A DNA stretch of 63,313 bases, the filler included, from Klebsormidium nitens (Eukaryota > Plantae > Klebsormidiophyceae): assembly GCA_000708835.1 (NCBI GenBank). It is 7 parts of 7 records of this genome, joined end to end, with 100 filler letters (N's around TTAATTAATTAA, not from the genome) between each part and the next. Parts side by side here need not be neighbours in the genome. Positions count along the whole stretch, not along the records: positions 1 to 3,992 come from DF238564.1; positions 4,093 to 10,174 come from DF238380.1; positions 10,275 to 33,258 come from DF237883.1; 4 more parts are not named here. One strand, 5' to 3'. Position 1 is the stretch's first letter; every line of letters starts with the position of its first letter. The notes under the pieces were generated by a model. The model made no database searches, was not told where the DNA came from, and saw nothing but the letters and a program-made list of their open reading frames with translations. Both the position numbers and the translations under genes were made by a program. Positions 1 through 11,379 of this stretch are shown here, one piece after another.

Positions 1-94
1 TACGATATCGAGCAAAGCAGATAGCAGATACGCCATACGCGCGCGGACAATATACTGGGACGAGTTCGATATGAAGATTCATAGACTCGAATCG

Positions 95-1763
95 TCACAC
101 CGAGGCGTCCGAAGCTGCTTCAATCAGGACGCGGCGCGGAAACCAACGCCTTCCGTTCCAGCTATCTAGCCGCTCCAAGAAGAGACGGGCTGCGTTCTTG
201 GCCGCCATAGGCGTTGGGAAAATTGAGTCCCAAGAGAGACGGCCCTGCATCGCCTGGAACAGGGGGCGACTGTATAAGGAGGCCGGCAGTACCGCGGGCC
301 CCATAGCGATGATCTTCCCTGCGACCTTCGCGAGGAGACGGGTGCTGACGTCAGCCGAGTCGATGAGCTCCGACAGGACCACTTTTACCTTGGCTAACTT
401 CGCCTCCGAGACGCGGAACTGCTGGGCTTGGGTGTCTACAACAAACCCGAGCCAGTTGCCGGTTTGGGACGGCCAGAACTGGCACTTGGGCAGGCTAAAG
501 ACCGCCCCCAACAGGGTAAGGAAGCGGATGATCATGACGATCAACCAGAGGCAGAGAGCAAAGCTCAAGTCGCCGGTTAAGCCGTCGTCTAGGTAACTAG
601 ACACGGGGACACCCCGGACACGGAGCTCCTTGGCGGCTTCTTGGGTGATGAGCGTGTAGGCATAGCATGCTTCGGACCATCGGAAGCACATAGCATTGTA
701 CTGGAAGTAGGCACTTCCGATTTTGAAGCCGAAGTACGTCCGGTAACGGGGGTGGATTAGGACGTGGTAATAACCCGCCTTGAAGTCCCACGTCGAGAAA
801 AAGCCGTTGGCTGCCAGGAAGGTTAAGATGTCGCGCAGGGTTTCGTATTTGAACGGGTGCTGCTTGGAGAACGCGTTGATGTAGCCCGCGTCGAGGACGA
901 GGCGGCCTTGGGGAAGATTGACAACCCCCAATGGGTTAACGACCTTTGGTTTACGCTGGCTGGGTGCGCAAAGCGCGACCGAATTGTTGACTAACATCTC
1001 CCCGACCGTCTTGATCCCAAACTCGGCGTTCTCGTAAAACGAACGGTGGTTAGGAAACTCCACCGGGTGCGGCACTTCTCCCGAGAGCCATTCTTCGACT
1101 TTTGACTCCCCTACCGTTCTCCTCAGCATTAGCCGTACCCTTTCTAGCTTTTTGGGGTCGCACTGGGCAGTACCTACGAAAGACGGTTTGATGCCGTTCC
1201 GCAACCAGGACAGAACTGGTTTCGAAGTCGGCCTTGCGGAGTCCTTGAGAAGTTCTTCCCAAGCGGAGAGGTGCCGGGCAAAGGAACTTGCTACGAAGCC
1301 GTCTACCGGGTGCACCCTCTCCTCGACCGACTTTAGGCTGACTCCAGGCTGACAGCTCGCTCTCCTGCATTGCGTTAACTTCTGGCCCGGCTTCTATCTC
1401 CGTGAGCAGGGACTTAAGGTCGTGGGTTATCTGCTCCGCACTAGGGGCTTCCGCAACGCGGGGCGTGAATCGAGAGAAGAACTCGAAACCCCACTCCGTC
1501 GCTCCCGCTGAGCTGCTTGGGTTAGCTAATGGATCAGCCTCGAGGTCGATCTCGTACATCGAAGACTCGAAGCCTTGCCCGGGGTCCGCTGCCGAGTCGG
1601 CTTCGGATGCAACAGCGGAAGGATCGGGCGCGTCTTCCGGCGGAACCAGAGGTTCGCTCGCAGCGCCTTGCCCACAGGGCTCGAAGTCGAGGGGCGCTGA
1701 TGCCGCCGTTGCCAAAGGCGGAACAGTTCTGTCATTGCAATTGCCATGCATCAGCATCCGCAC
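95..1763 (-). mobile_element. Decayed DIRS-like (tyrosine-recombinase retrotransposon) pol: reverse transcriptase plus start of RNase H, frameshifted near 1340-1390
   Basis: ORF 95-1315 has RT motifs (WDFKAGYYHVLIHP, YLDD, WLGFVVD) and ends at the first RNase H Asp (SDAS). It aligns by eye along its length with ORF 59185-61542. The acidic N-terminal part lies in another frame (ORF 1050-1763). Confidence 0.85.
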
Positions 1764-2561
1764 ATGTGTCTGCTATTCCATCATATGCGGACCGGCAAAG
1801 TTTGCTTTCATAGCAATTGCGCTGATTCGACTGACCGGACAACATTTGAATTACCTTTCGAGCGACCTGACCTGTCACTGAAGATCACGGCCAGAATGTC
1901 GGGGAGAATTTTAATACATCAGCTTCTTAAGAAAGTCTCGTCACAGAGCTTCGATCCGTCCGTACTCGTTTCTCTACGTTGTCCATCAGATTTGCCTAAC
2001 CTTTTGCAGCTTTCAAGTTCCGACCGCCTAACTTCCAGAAATCTCTAAAGAGTACGTTGAAGTTATTTGAATCTAGATCGCCCTGAGCTCTTGACAAGTT
2101 TACCTGTTACCCCTATTCTGTCCTGCTCCATGATCTCCTTGACTCTCCCTANNNNNNNNNNNNNNNNNNNNNNNNNNNNNNNNNNNNNNNNNNNNNNNNN
2201 NNNNNNNNNNNNNNNNNNNNNNNNNNNNNNNNNNNNNNNNNNNNNNNNNNNNNNNNNNNNNNNNNNNNNNNNNNNNNNNNNNNNNNNNNNNNNNNNNNNN
2301 NNNNNNNNNNNNNNNNNNNNNNNNNNNNNNNNNNNNNNNNNNNNNNNNNNNNNNNNNNNNNNNNNNNNNNNNNNNNNNNNNNNNNNNNNNNNNNNNNNNN
2401 NNNNNNNNNNNNNNNNNNNNNNNNNNNNNNNNNNNNNNNNNNNNNNNNNNNNNNNNNNNNNNNNNNNNNNNNNNNNNNNNNNNNNNNNNNNNNNNNNNNN
2501 NNNNNNNNNNNNNNNNNNNNNNNNNNNNNNNNNNNNNNNNNNNNNGAACCCTGTCCAACCG

Positions 2562-3798
2562 TCACATGTACCACGGCAACCCCCGCTTCTGCTCCCATCC
2601 GGGAAACGGGTAGCACGCCAAGGCGTCCTGCTCGGCTCGAAAAGCGTGCCCCGCCGGCAACGGGTGCAACTCGTCCCCCTGCTCGTCGCGCCCCAGCCTC
2701 TCTTTTAGAAGCGAGCGCTCATGACCGCTCATTCTCTCCCACTGTTGGGGGCTTGCCTCCAACCTTTCGACCCCTGGGAGCAGCTCGTTTGCCAGCCCTC
2801 GCGCCTCGTCCAAGTGCCGCCGCTCCTCGATGCTCAGGGGACGCCGTCGAGCCTCCGCGAAAAGGTCGACCGCTCGCTCGAACGGGTCGATCGCCTCGTG
2901 CACCCAGCCCCGCCGCCCCCCGGCCTCAAAACCCGTTGGACCCCGAGCCAGGAGCGCGATGAGGTAGAGGTGGTAGAGCGTGCACGTGAAGAAGGCCGGA
3001 AATGTGAGCCCTCCGTACGAATCCAGGATACGCCGCAAGATGGGCGCCTCTCTTGCCAAGTCCCGCCGGTCCTCGAGAGTTGCTTCGCCTCCCAGCAGCA
3101 GCTTCCGGACCACGTGCAATGCGCCAGGTCCGATGAGAGCCTCATCGCTGTCGTGCGCGCCGAGGGAGTACAGGAGCTCCGTCCACTCGCCAACCCAGTG
3201 GTCCCACAGGTCTAGGCTCAACCCTCGCCTCTCGAAGTCGGCCTGAATCCCCGTGAGCAACTCGAACACAGCCCGATTGCAATCCAGCACCATCGTTTGC
3301 TGCTCTACAAGGAGGCGCCTCCTGCCATCTTTGGAGAGCGGCCCCTCGGCTTCCTCGGGCCCAAAGCGCTTGACGACCCTTGGGTCATCATGGCTCAGAC
3401 AGTCAAGGAGCCCCCCAAAATCCGCCCTTGACAGCCTCTTCCCAAGCTTCTCGTCCCTGGGCCGATGTTGGGACAGGCGCGCGAGCGCCTCGCGCAACTC
3501 CGGTTGGAGCAGAAGCTTGCGCTTCAAACCTCCCCCCTGGAGGCCGGCCCCGCAGTAGTTGCGCCCCGAGATCGACTTCTTCTCGAGCGGCTTCCCCGTC
3601 AAGTACCGACTTGGGTGACAGAAGGTGCGCCTCGCATCCAGGGAGGAGCTCCCGAGCCCTCCTGGCTTTTGCGCGCCGTCGGCGCTGGCGAGGCCAACGA
3701 TGCCGTCGCAGATGAGCACCTGCGTGTGGGCAGAAGTCGGGTTCAAAATCGTGTACATCAACACGTATGTTGAATTCGTGGTATGGCCGGCTTGACAA
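2562..3798 (-). mobile_element. Possible KDZ (Kyakuja-Dileera-Zisupton)-type transposase fragment, frameshifted near 3740, running into a gap
   Basis: The 400-aa ORF carries xxICDG (FCPH just upstream in the adjacent frame) and CY..P...R..P.Y near the end. These recall Cys-cluster-associated KDZ-like proteins. Recognition is from memory only. Confidence 0.4.
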
Positions 3799-3992
3799 TG
3801 GGGCTCGTCTCTACCGGCGTCTCCTTGCCTTTGCCGTTGATGCGGAGTTGACTACTAGGCTACACCTGGTAGTCGCGCTGGAGTACTGGGCTTTTAGCCT
3901 TGTTTGTTGGCAAGACATGAGCGAAAGCACGGGTCAATGGGTCTTCTGACCCCATCCTCTTGATTCAGACGCTTTGCATATATGTATCGAAA

Positions 3993-4092
3993 NNNNNNNN
4001 NNNNNNNNNNNNNNNNNNNNNNNNNNNNNNNNNNNNTTAATTAATTAANNNNNNNNNNNNNNNNNNNNNNNNNNNNNNNNNNNNNNNNNNNN
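3993..4092. other. Assembly gap placeholder (44 N + TTAATTAATTAA + 44 N). The same placeholder occurs at 10175-10274, 33259-33358, 36490-36589, 47372-47471 and 56758-56857. Plain N gaps at 2152-2545 and 45808-46151
   Basis: An identical 12-mer with stops in all six frames is centred in identical N runs six times. Confidence 0.97.
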
Positions 4093-4438
4093 TATCGACC
4101 GTAGGATGGCAAGTTATTTGGTGTGTTATTCACGCAATATCGACCGTCCGATTGTGATTCGAGTCGAGTGATCTAGGAGCCCCGACCACTAGTGTGTAGT
4201 AGCCCCGATCTAGTAGTACGGTACTACCGACCACCTCGGTATAGTACTACCGACCACAAGTCCGAGTGGTAATTAGCCCATATAGCGAGTCGTATAGTGA
4301 CCCGAGTGCGTCATATAGTGACCCGGTCACTTGAATAGGACTTCATATAGTTGAACCGACTAGTGCCCGGTAGAGGTGGACTAGGCTAGTAGGGCTAGGG
4401 TACACCTACCTACGGAATGCCTTGGACATTGCCATGAA

Positions 4439-4480
4439 ATGGACACTCATTCCTAGTAGTTGTGAACTTGAAAGGCGCTT
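4439..4480. repeat. 42-bp repeat, inverted copy at 9869-9910 (probable LTR-end remnants)
   Basis: ATGGACACTCATTCCTAGTAGTTGTGAACTTGAAAGGCGCTT matches the reverse complement of 9869-9910 with 1 mismatch. Weaker similarity continues outward. The left copy ends ...TTCAACA just before the copia RT remnant. Confidence 0.75.
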
Positions 4481-4492
4481 GCTTCAACAGGG

Positions 4493-5375
4493 GTGTGGAC
4501 GACATTCTAGTGGCCGCCCAGGGAGCGACTGCATTGGAAAGGTAAATGCGGCAATAGGGGGAGAAGTTCGACGTGCGACATTTGGGAGGCCAAGTACTTC
4601 TTCGGGATGAGACGGACGTGCGGTAGGCATGCGTGCACTTTGAAGCTAACGCAAAACAAGCTGACGGGAGAGCTAGTCGGACGGTGCAATTTTTGCGAGC
4701 ACTTCGGCGCGCAGCGTCCCTCTCGGATTGGGGGACAACTTGACGAAAGAGGTGAGCCCCTCGACTAAGGCCGACATTGCACAAGCAGTGGACACGCTTG
4801 CGTGCTTTATGGCGGGGCGGACGGAGGAGCACCGGTGGGCGGCGCTTGAAGTTGTGCGCTACCTAACGGGTATGGCAAAGGACGGCGTAACCTTCGAAGG
4901 GAGCGGAGAGACACTCAACGCTTATTGCGACGCGAGTTACACGGGAGACGTGGACACAAAGTGGTCCACAACGGGGTAAATCTTCTTGATGTACGAGCGC
5001 GCGATGAGCTCGTCGAGCAGGATGGAGCCAATGGTGGCCGCCTCGACGGTGAAGGCAGAGTACATGAGCGCAGCGCAAGCGGTGAAGAAGGCGTTATGGT
5101 TCTGCAAGCTTAGAGGAGATCTCGGGTTGGACCTGAGGACGGGCCAGATCTACTGCCACAACCATGTACGGGCAATACGGCTTCTAAAGCACCCAATCGC
5201 TTCACAGCGGTCGAAGCACATTGAGGTGAGTTATCACTTCGCACGGGAGCGTGTGGCACGCAAGGAGGTTGCGTTCGCGTACTGCAGGATAGAGGACATG
5301 AAGGCGGACATCTTAACCAAGGCGTTGGCACCGGGAAAGTTCAAGAAGTGCAAGAGCGAGATAGGAATTGCCTAA
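4493..5375 (+). pseudogene. Ty1/copia RT-RNase H remnant (5'-truncated, stops and frameshifts), followed by a purine tract and TG start of a probable 3' LTR at 5398
   Basis: VDDILVA at ~4497, then AYCDASYTGDVDTKWSTTG*IFL, STVKAEY, HPIASQRSKHIEVSYHF and ADILTKAL. GAGTTGCGGGGAG|TGTCG follows at 5385-5402. Confidence 0.9.
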
Positions 5376-6814
5376 GTTATCAGTGAGTTGCGGGGAGTGT
5401 CGAAATTTGAGCATTGTGTGCGCGATCTCTTGAGTGACGTCAACGGGAGTTCGACGACAACCGGCGGTTAGCGGTTGGCGATTAAATGAGCGGGGGTTAC
5501 AGCGTTACATCCGATTGACTTTTTGAGTAACTGCCGTGATGAGTAGATTCGATAACCGTAAATATTCAGATTCCCGCGAAAGTTTCGGACTTGCTTCTCC
5601 GTGGTCAATTGAGCCTACTAGAAGTGTGACTCTATTGAAATCATTCACTCATGCTTGTCACAAGCTAGGATTCAACCACCCTCTAACATAAGCGCCTTCA
5701 CAAAGAAGTGCCTTTCTCTCTTCAAGCACCTCCTAGAAAGAATAGCATCATATGCCATTAACCCAAAGTCACTTCAATTCTGTAGCTAGGTTTCATCGAG
5801 CCTAGGTCGGATCACCCAGTGGTCGGTTTAACTATTCGGACTCCTTTTCATCGATCGGTCACTCTACCACTCACAATACGACCCAAATACCATTCGGCCT
5901 GAAACCCGGGCACTATACTACTAGTGGTCAGTACTACCGTACTACTAGTGGTAGGGGTGCAAGCGGCACATAGCTGCCGAATCTTTTGTCAACTTTGAAA
6001 ATCGGACACTGGACGGGCACAAGCAGTCGTTGTTCGGGTGCCGAATTTAAAGACGCGTTTGGTACCGGGCCTGCTTTTGCCGGGGCTGCTTTTGCTCGAG
6101 TTAGCCTGCAAAACCACATTAAAATCCTAGGAACAGTGACTCAGCCGTTAGTAGGAACCCTAATCTGAGAGCAGTCACAGCAAAGGGATCAACCCTAACA
6201 AACCGCCACGGAAAGTTGCATAAGCCTAATACACCATCACTGTACGCAAGCGACTTTACCGCCCGGACCGTACGGTATAGACTACTTTACTTGACTCGGA
6301 ACGTCACATGTGGCAGCAATTTGAAGCGCAATTCCTGCGTACGGTACACGATCGGACGGTGACACTGCATCTGACTATCTGCAGTCCGACGACCGATTTC
6401 GAAAGTTGACAAAAGAATCGGCAGCTTTGGCCGTTGCGGTCAGGGTACTATACTACTCCAGTCGACTCACATTAAAGACCCACGTCGCGAGTAACCACGC
6501 AATTCGACGATCGAGACTAAACGACACAAATTTCTATTTCTACGCTCGGTATTACACGACACAAATCACAGTCTTACGGTTTAAAATACACGACTCAAAA
6601 CTCACGATCCCACGGCTCAAATCTATCGAGCCTAACTCAACAATTTGGTCGTCAGTCAACTCCATTGCTCAACAACTCTACTTGTGTGTCTAGCATATCA
6701 CACCGACTACATAGCTTTAGTTCGCTAGAATCCGAACACTTGATATCCACCGTGTGAAACTAATCATTCGATTATTTATTCTCAACAAAGCCGTGTTTCA
6801 ACAATATGTGAGGC

Positions 6815-8394
6815 GCTTCGTGTGTTCTGCTTGGAATGCATGGTTGCCATCATGAGTGATGAGCAAGGGTGCCGGGCAACACGTAAGACTTGTTGACGAC
6901 TAAACATCACACTACGAGTCCGTCACCATGAGTATCAACAAGCTAGGGGCCCACATCGCTTGGTTGTGAAGAGGGCGCAAGTTTTCAATTGTGGTGTCTG
7001 GAGGGCGATATTTGAAATGCTCGCGTTGGTGAGCGTGTGAGGAAATTGGGCGGAAGATTTGGCTTCTTTATGTTCAAGGCAGAGTGTAGCTGAGATGGCG
7101 AAAGACAAAGTGTGGATCTCGCATCTGTGTGGTGAGAACTGTCAACGTGGAAGACCAAGTTCCAACTTCAAAGGAGCCGGATTCTCTAGAGGGAACGAAA
7201 GTTTTAAGCCAAGCAAAGGTCCTTGAGCTTTTCGCATACAAGGGATGGCTGTGTACTTCAAAGGAGCCGGATTCTTTAGAAAGAAGGAAAGTGTTAAGCC
7301 AAGCACAAAGGGGTTGATGATGATCCACACGAAAGATCCATATGTGAAGTTGCTTGAGGGTGAATCCACGACAGAGCAAGCGTGGAAGAAATTGGAGACA
7401 ACTTTGAGAAGAAAAGCAATGCACGCATGATTCTGCTCAGGAGAAAGCTGATGGATCTAAGGTTGATCAAGGGGACAGCCATTGGAGAGTACCCAAAGGA
7501 ATTCTGAAGCTCAAGCTAGATGTGGAGGCGGCGGGACGAACCATTTCAGAGAGTGAGCTGGCAGTGCACGCCTTAGAAGGTTTGCCGGAGGAGTATTTGC
7601 CACTCTTGAGGCCGTCTTAGATCTCGGAAAGGAGGAACTACCCTGGATGAGATATAGCCAAAGCTTATGCAAAGAGAGCAAAAGCTAAAGTTGAAGGCTA
7701 AAGCGGGGTCGTTGAAGGGGACTTTGGATGGGGAGGAAATTGTAGCGTATGCTGCCAAGCATAGGGGCTACTCGGTTTCACAGAAAGGCCGGATAAGGTT
7801 CGAAGGAGCTAAGAAGAAGCTCGGAGATGAGAGGCCGGAGCCCGAACGGGAGCGCCAACGTGCTGTGGTAAAGTGGGCCACATGAATGCAAAGTGCGGGA
7901 TGCGGAGTGTCGCTAATGCGGCAAGAGGGGGTCGCGGTGATGGACCGAGACGAGTCGCGGACGACGAGAGTGGGAGCGTTGTATGAGAGACGGAAACTTT
8001 GGTGGGGGCGGACAAGGAGCCCCGCACAAATTCATGAATGGTCGAAAAAGGGGGGGAGTTTAGTGAAGCGTGGATAAAAACGGTTAGAATTGAGTGTGTC
8101 TATGAGCTAGGCTATTGGGCTTAGAAGTATGTGATCTAGGCTGGTGAGCATATATAGAAGGTTAGTAAGCCGAGTGGAACTAGAGAGGTTTGTAAAATCT
8201 AATAGTTGTACTGTTCAATGACACATCATTCAAAGAGAAATTTGTGGCGAGAGAGAACGCTTCTGCCGCTTCGTGTGTGCCTCTTGAAATGCATGACTGC
8301 CATCAATGGGTGATGCGCATGGGTGCCGGGCACACAATAAGAGCCAATGACGAGTACAAACTATACTACGAGACCCTCACCATAAGTTTCAACA
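6815..8394 (+). mobile_element. Decayed copia-like remnant: diverged ~127-bp direct repeats (6815-6940, 8267-8394), a degenerate PBS at 6941-6953 and a gag fragment at ~7321-7760
   Basis: Both repeats end in TCAACA. AGCTAGGGGCCCA resembles the PBS GGTTATGGGCCCA at 28813. Broken frames read AWKKLE, LRRKLMDLRL and ALEGLPEEY (copia gag-like). A purine tract lies at 8045-8058. Confidence 0.6.
7165..7305 (+). repeat. ~51-bp direct duplication, period 90 bp
   Basis: ACTTCAAAGGAGCCGGATTCT...TTAAGCCAAGCA at 7165-7215 and 7255-7305. Confidence 0.85.
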
Positions 8395-9554
8395 TTCACC
8401 TTTTGCTAGAGAGCGACTAACAACAGTTCTTCTTGCCCTTATTAGCTTAGTCATATTTTGGTTCCCGAGCTGTGGCCGTGCAACACAAGGTTGAACATGG
8501 TGCCCCAAATGCCTCTGATTGCTCATTCCATCATAAATCTTTCAGTCTCGTCTCAACGGGCATTTGCGGTTGTGTAGATCAGATTTAATGTTATATAGGA
8601 TAACCCCTAGCTTGAACGGAATTGAAGAGCCTAAATGGGTGTTGTAAAACAAGAAAAGCACGACCTGGATACCGTAGTATGTGCTTAAATAACATTTTTC
8701 CGATCGTCTTGCTTTAATCGTCTTACCCGAGTAAGGCCCACGCTTCCTCGAGATGCGCCTGAATGGTCAAACGGGCTATAAACTCCAGCAGCATGGTCAC
8801 GGGATAGCTACGGTGCACTTTGTCGTGGGGCAATATCCCGGCAATCTATGCGGGATATTGGCGCCGTCGGCGTAGGAGATCGAAGTCAATCATGCATCGA
8901 ATGCCGTCCAGGGTTTTGCTAGGAAACGTCAAGCGCGGTGCAATTTTACAACGGAAGTGGCGGATATTCGCCGACTTTTCGAGCACTTGTAGTTGCTCAG
9001 AAATTTCAGCGCTACACTACGGTTCGGCAGCTCATCAATGATGTGTTGTAGTACCGGTAGGCGCGACGAACAACCGACTCTCCGCGCAGTGAATGATGTT
9101 CCAACTCGAACGAAGTCTAGGCCTCATGCCACTATTATTGGATGGATTAATGGACCTCCGGCGACCGTGTAAAAGGTATTGAGGACCTTGTCTGGGGCCT
9201 TGGGCTAAACTCTTGAGCTGAGGTATGCTGCATAGCATGCCCGAGCAGCCACAACACCACAATACAAGCCTACAAGCCTAGCTTGGCCTGTCGTCCAGAG
9301 TGTGCAAGCCTAGTGATTGCAAGACATTCTAGTACTAGTACATACTACAGAACCGTCTAGGAAGTCCTACTAGCTGGCATGCATTATCGTCGATTGATGC
9401 TTGAACGTTCTTGGACAATTTCAGAAATTGAAGATAAAACAGCCACGGATACTTTACGTAGCAAGTAAATAGTTTACGTACATGGAATTAGATAGTTGCA
9501 CGCGCACTTTAGGATGCAATTTTGAAACCAAACAGAATATGTAGTGGAACTTCT

Positions 9555-9783
9555 GCATTGATCGTGACTTGCCATTCTAGGCATCGCGACTCGTCATTCA
9601 ATCACTCGGCGTATTGTTGCCATAGGGGACGGGCAATAGCCGTTGCATGCAAGCTCGCATGCGCAAGCATTGATCGTGACTTGCCATTGCAGGCATCGCG
9701 ACTCGTCATTCAATCACTCGGCGTACTGTTGCCATAGGGCACGGCCAATAGCCGTTGCATGCAAGTTCGCATGCGCAAGCATA
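9555..9783 (+). repeat. Tandem duplication of a 112-bp unit
   Basis: GCATTGATCGTGACTTGCCATT...GCATGCGCAAG starts at 9555 and 9667, with only a few mismatches. Confidence 0.92.
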
Positions 9784-10284
9784 AGGGATGTTAATTGGTT
9801 TAAAGTATATGTGCTCGGCGCCAGCTCGCACCAAGGATCTTAATCATATGTAGAAAGAAAGCGTCTTGAAGCGCCTTTCAAGTGCACAACTACTAGGAAT
9901 GAGTGTCCATCACAAAGTCAAGTGTCCAATTCAAGTCCAATAACGTAGCTAGGTCTACTCTAGCGTATGTCGAGTCTACTATTAGCCTAGGTGTTCCCTT
10001 GCTCAAATCGACGGCCTAGCTTCAACCACTCCAACAATTACTGTTGAAACACAGCGTTGTTGGAAGTGATATGATATTCAATCAATCAAGTTCACACAAT
10101 GTATATGGAGTGTTCCGAGTCACGGCCTATCTTTAGGTCTACACTCTAGCCTAGTACGGCTCAGTCGGACCGTCNNNNNNNNNNNNNNNNNNNNNNNNNN
10201 NNNNNNNNNNNNNNNNNNTTAATTAATTAANNNNNNNNNNNNNNNNNNNNNNNNNNNNNNNNNNNNNNNNNNNNCAAGAAGACG

Positions 10285-11379
10285 TCAATTTTTCTGAGAG
10301 GCGCTCTTGCTGAGGTGATCCCAAGGCGTGCTGAAAAGCTTCGGATGGTTTCCGCACATGTGAAGTAGACAGGCAGCGTGTAAACTCTGTCCAACCGTCA
10401 CATGCGTGGCCATCTGCAGACCAGCCACCTCCTTCTCTCTGTCCCCTACCGCCATCTTTTCAAGGACATTTTGATTCCCTTTGGCGATCTCCATGACCCC
10501 CATGGCCATGTCCTTGATATCCCTTACATTGTCCCTGAGAAATCTCACAGCCGCCTCATCCAGACTCCCTCCCTGCCCATTGCTCGGCCCGGCTCCGTGC
10601 CCCTCTCCGTGCCCATCCTGCTGTCCCTTCCCAGACTCCTCTTCCTGTGCTTTCACGAACCCCCTTTTACCCCCCTTCCCTTGCCGTTTGCCCTGGCCGT
10701 ACCCCTTGCCAAACCCCTCCGCCTGAAACTGCTCCTCAAACTTTGGTCGTTTGGGTGCAGGTTCCCTATAACTTCGCCTGACTTGGTCCTGCCCCTTCTC
10801 CTCTCCTTCCTCCTCCTCCTCCTCCTGGTGCTCCCTCTTCGCCTTCTCGCTTTGGTGGTACTCATACACTGGATCTGTCTGCCCCACTCTGCACAGGCGC
10901 ACGTGTGCATCGGGTCTCAGATACTTCCGGATCGTCTCGAGAAAGACTACCACCGTGCTTGGTTCAGAAAAGTATAGGGGTTTTGAGCGGCTCCTACTCT
11001 GTACCTCTTCCAGAAGCGTGAATACATCGCTAAATGTCGTCACGGTATCAAGCTTAGGAACACCCAGTGCTTTGAGAGCTTCATTCAACGTCTTCACAAG
11101 ATCTTCAGTGCGAGAAGTCGCCTCTGACGCAGTTGCATACACCAAAGCCCCATTCTGACTGATTCTTGGTATCCAAGGTGGAGGCTCGTGTGTGCTTTCA
11201 AAGTAGCGCCCCACCACCTTTTTCTTGTGCTCCCGCTTTTGGAGTCTTAACTGGAGGTCGGCAAGCATGAGGTTGAAAGTATCCTTTACTTTGCCTCCTC
11301 CTTCAGGAGCGTTCGCTATGCTCCTTGAAATACTCCTTAGATGCTCGTAGGTGGCCGGATCCAGGTAAAACTGGCCCAT
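10285..11379 (-). CDS. Hypothetical protein with charged/Gly-rich low-complexity middle; probable 71-nt intron 10401-10331 and continuation into the gap
   Basis: 364-aa ORF from ATG, preceded by a GC-rich tract at 11550-11615. Splicing GTGACG...TTTTCAG keeps an open frame (HALGSPQQERLSEKLTSS) up to the gap. Confidence 0.55.
   Translation of the reverse strand: MGQFYLDPATYEHLRSISRSIANAPEGGGKVKDTFNLMLADLQLRLQKREHKKKVVGRYFESTHEPPPWIPRISQNGALVYATASEATSRTEDLVKTLNEALKALGVPKLDTVTTFSDVFTLLEEVQSRSRSKPLYFSEPSTVVVFLETIRKYLRPDAHVRLCRVGQTDPVYEYHQSEKAKREHQEEEEEEGEEKGQDQVRRSYREPAPKRPKFEEQFQAEGFGKGYGQGKRQGKGGKRGFVKAQEEESGKGQQDGHGEGHGAGPSNGQGGSLDEAAVRFLRDNVRDIKDMAMGVMEIAKGNQNVLEKMAVGDREKEVAGLQMATHVTVGQSLHAACLLHMCGNHPKLFSTPWDHLSKSASQKN

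Noticed and set aside
1340-1395. Frame change in the first DIRS pol as programmed frameshifting shared with the second element
   Set aside because: The homologous stretch is in frame in the 59185-61542 ORF, so this is decay.
4037-4048. Recurrent palindrome TTAATTAATTAA (six copies)
   Set aside because: It is always centred between 44-N runs. This is a scaffolding placeholder, not biology.
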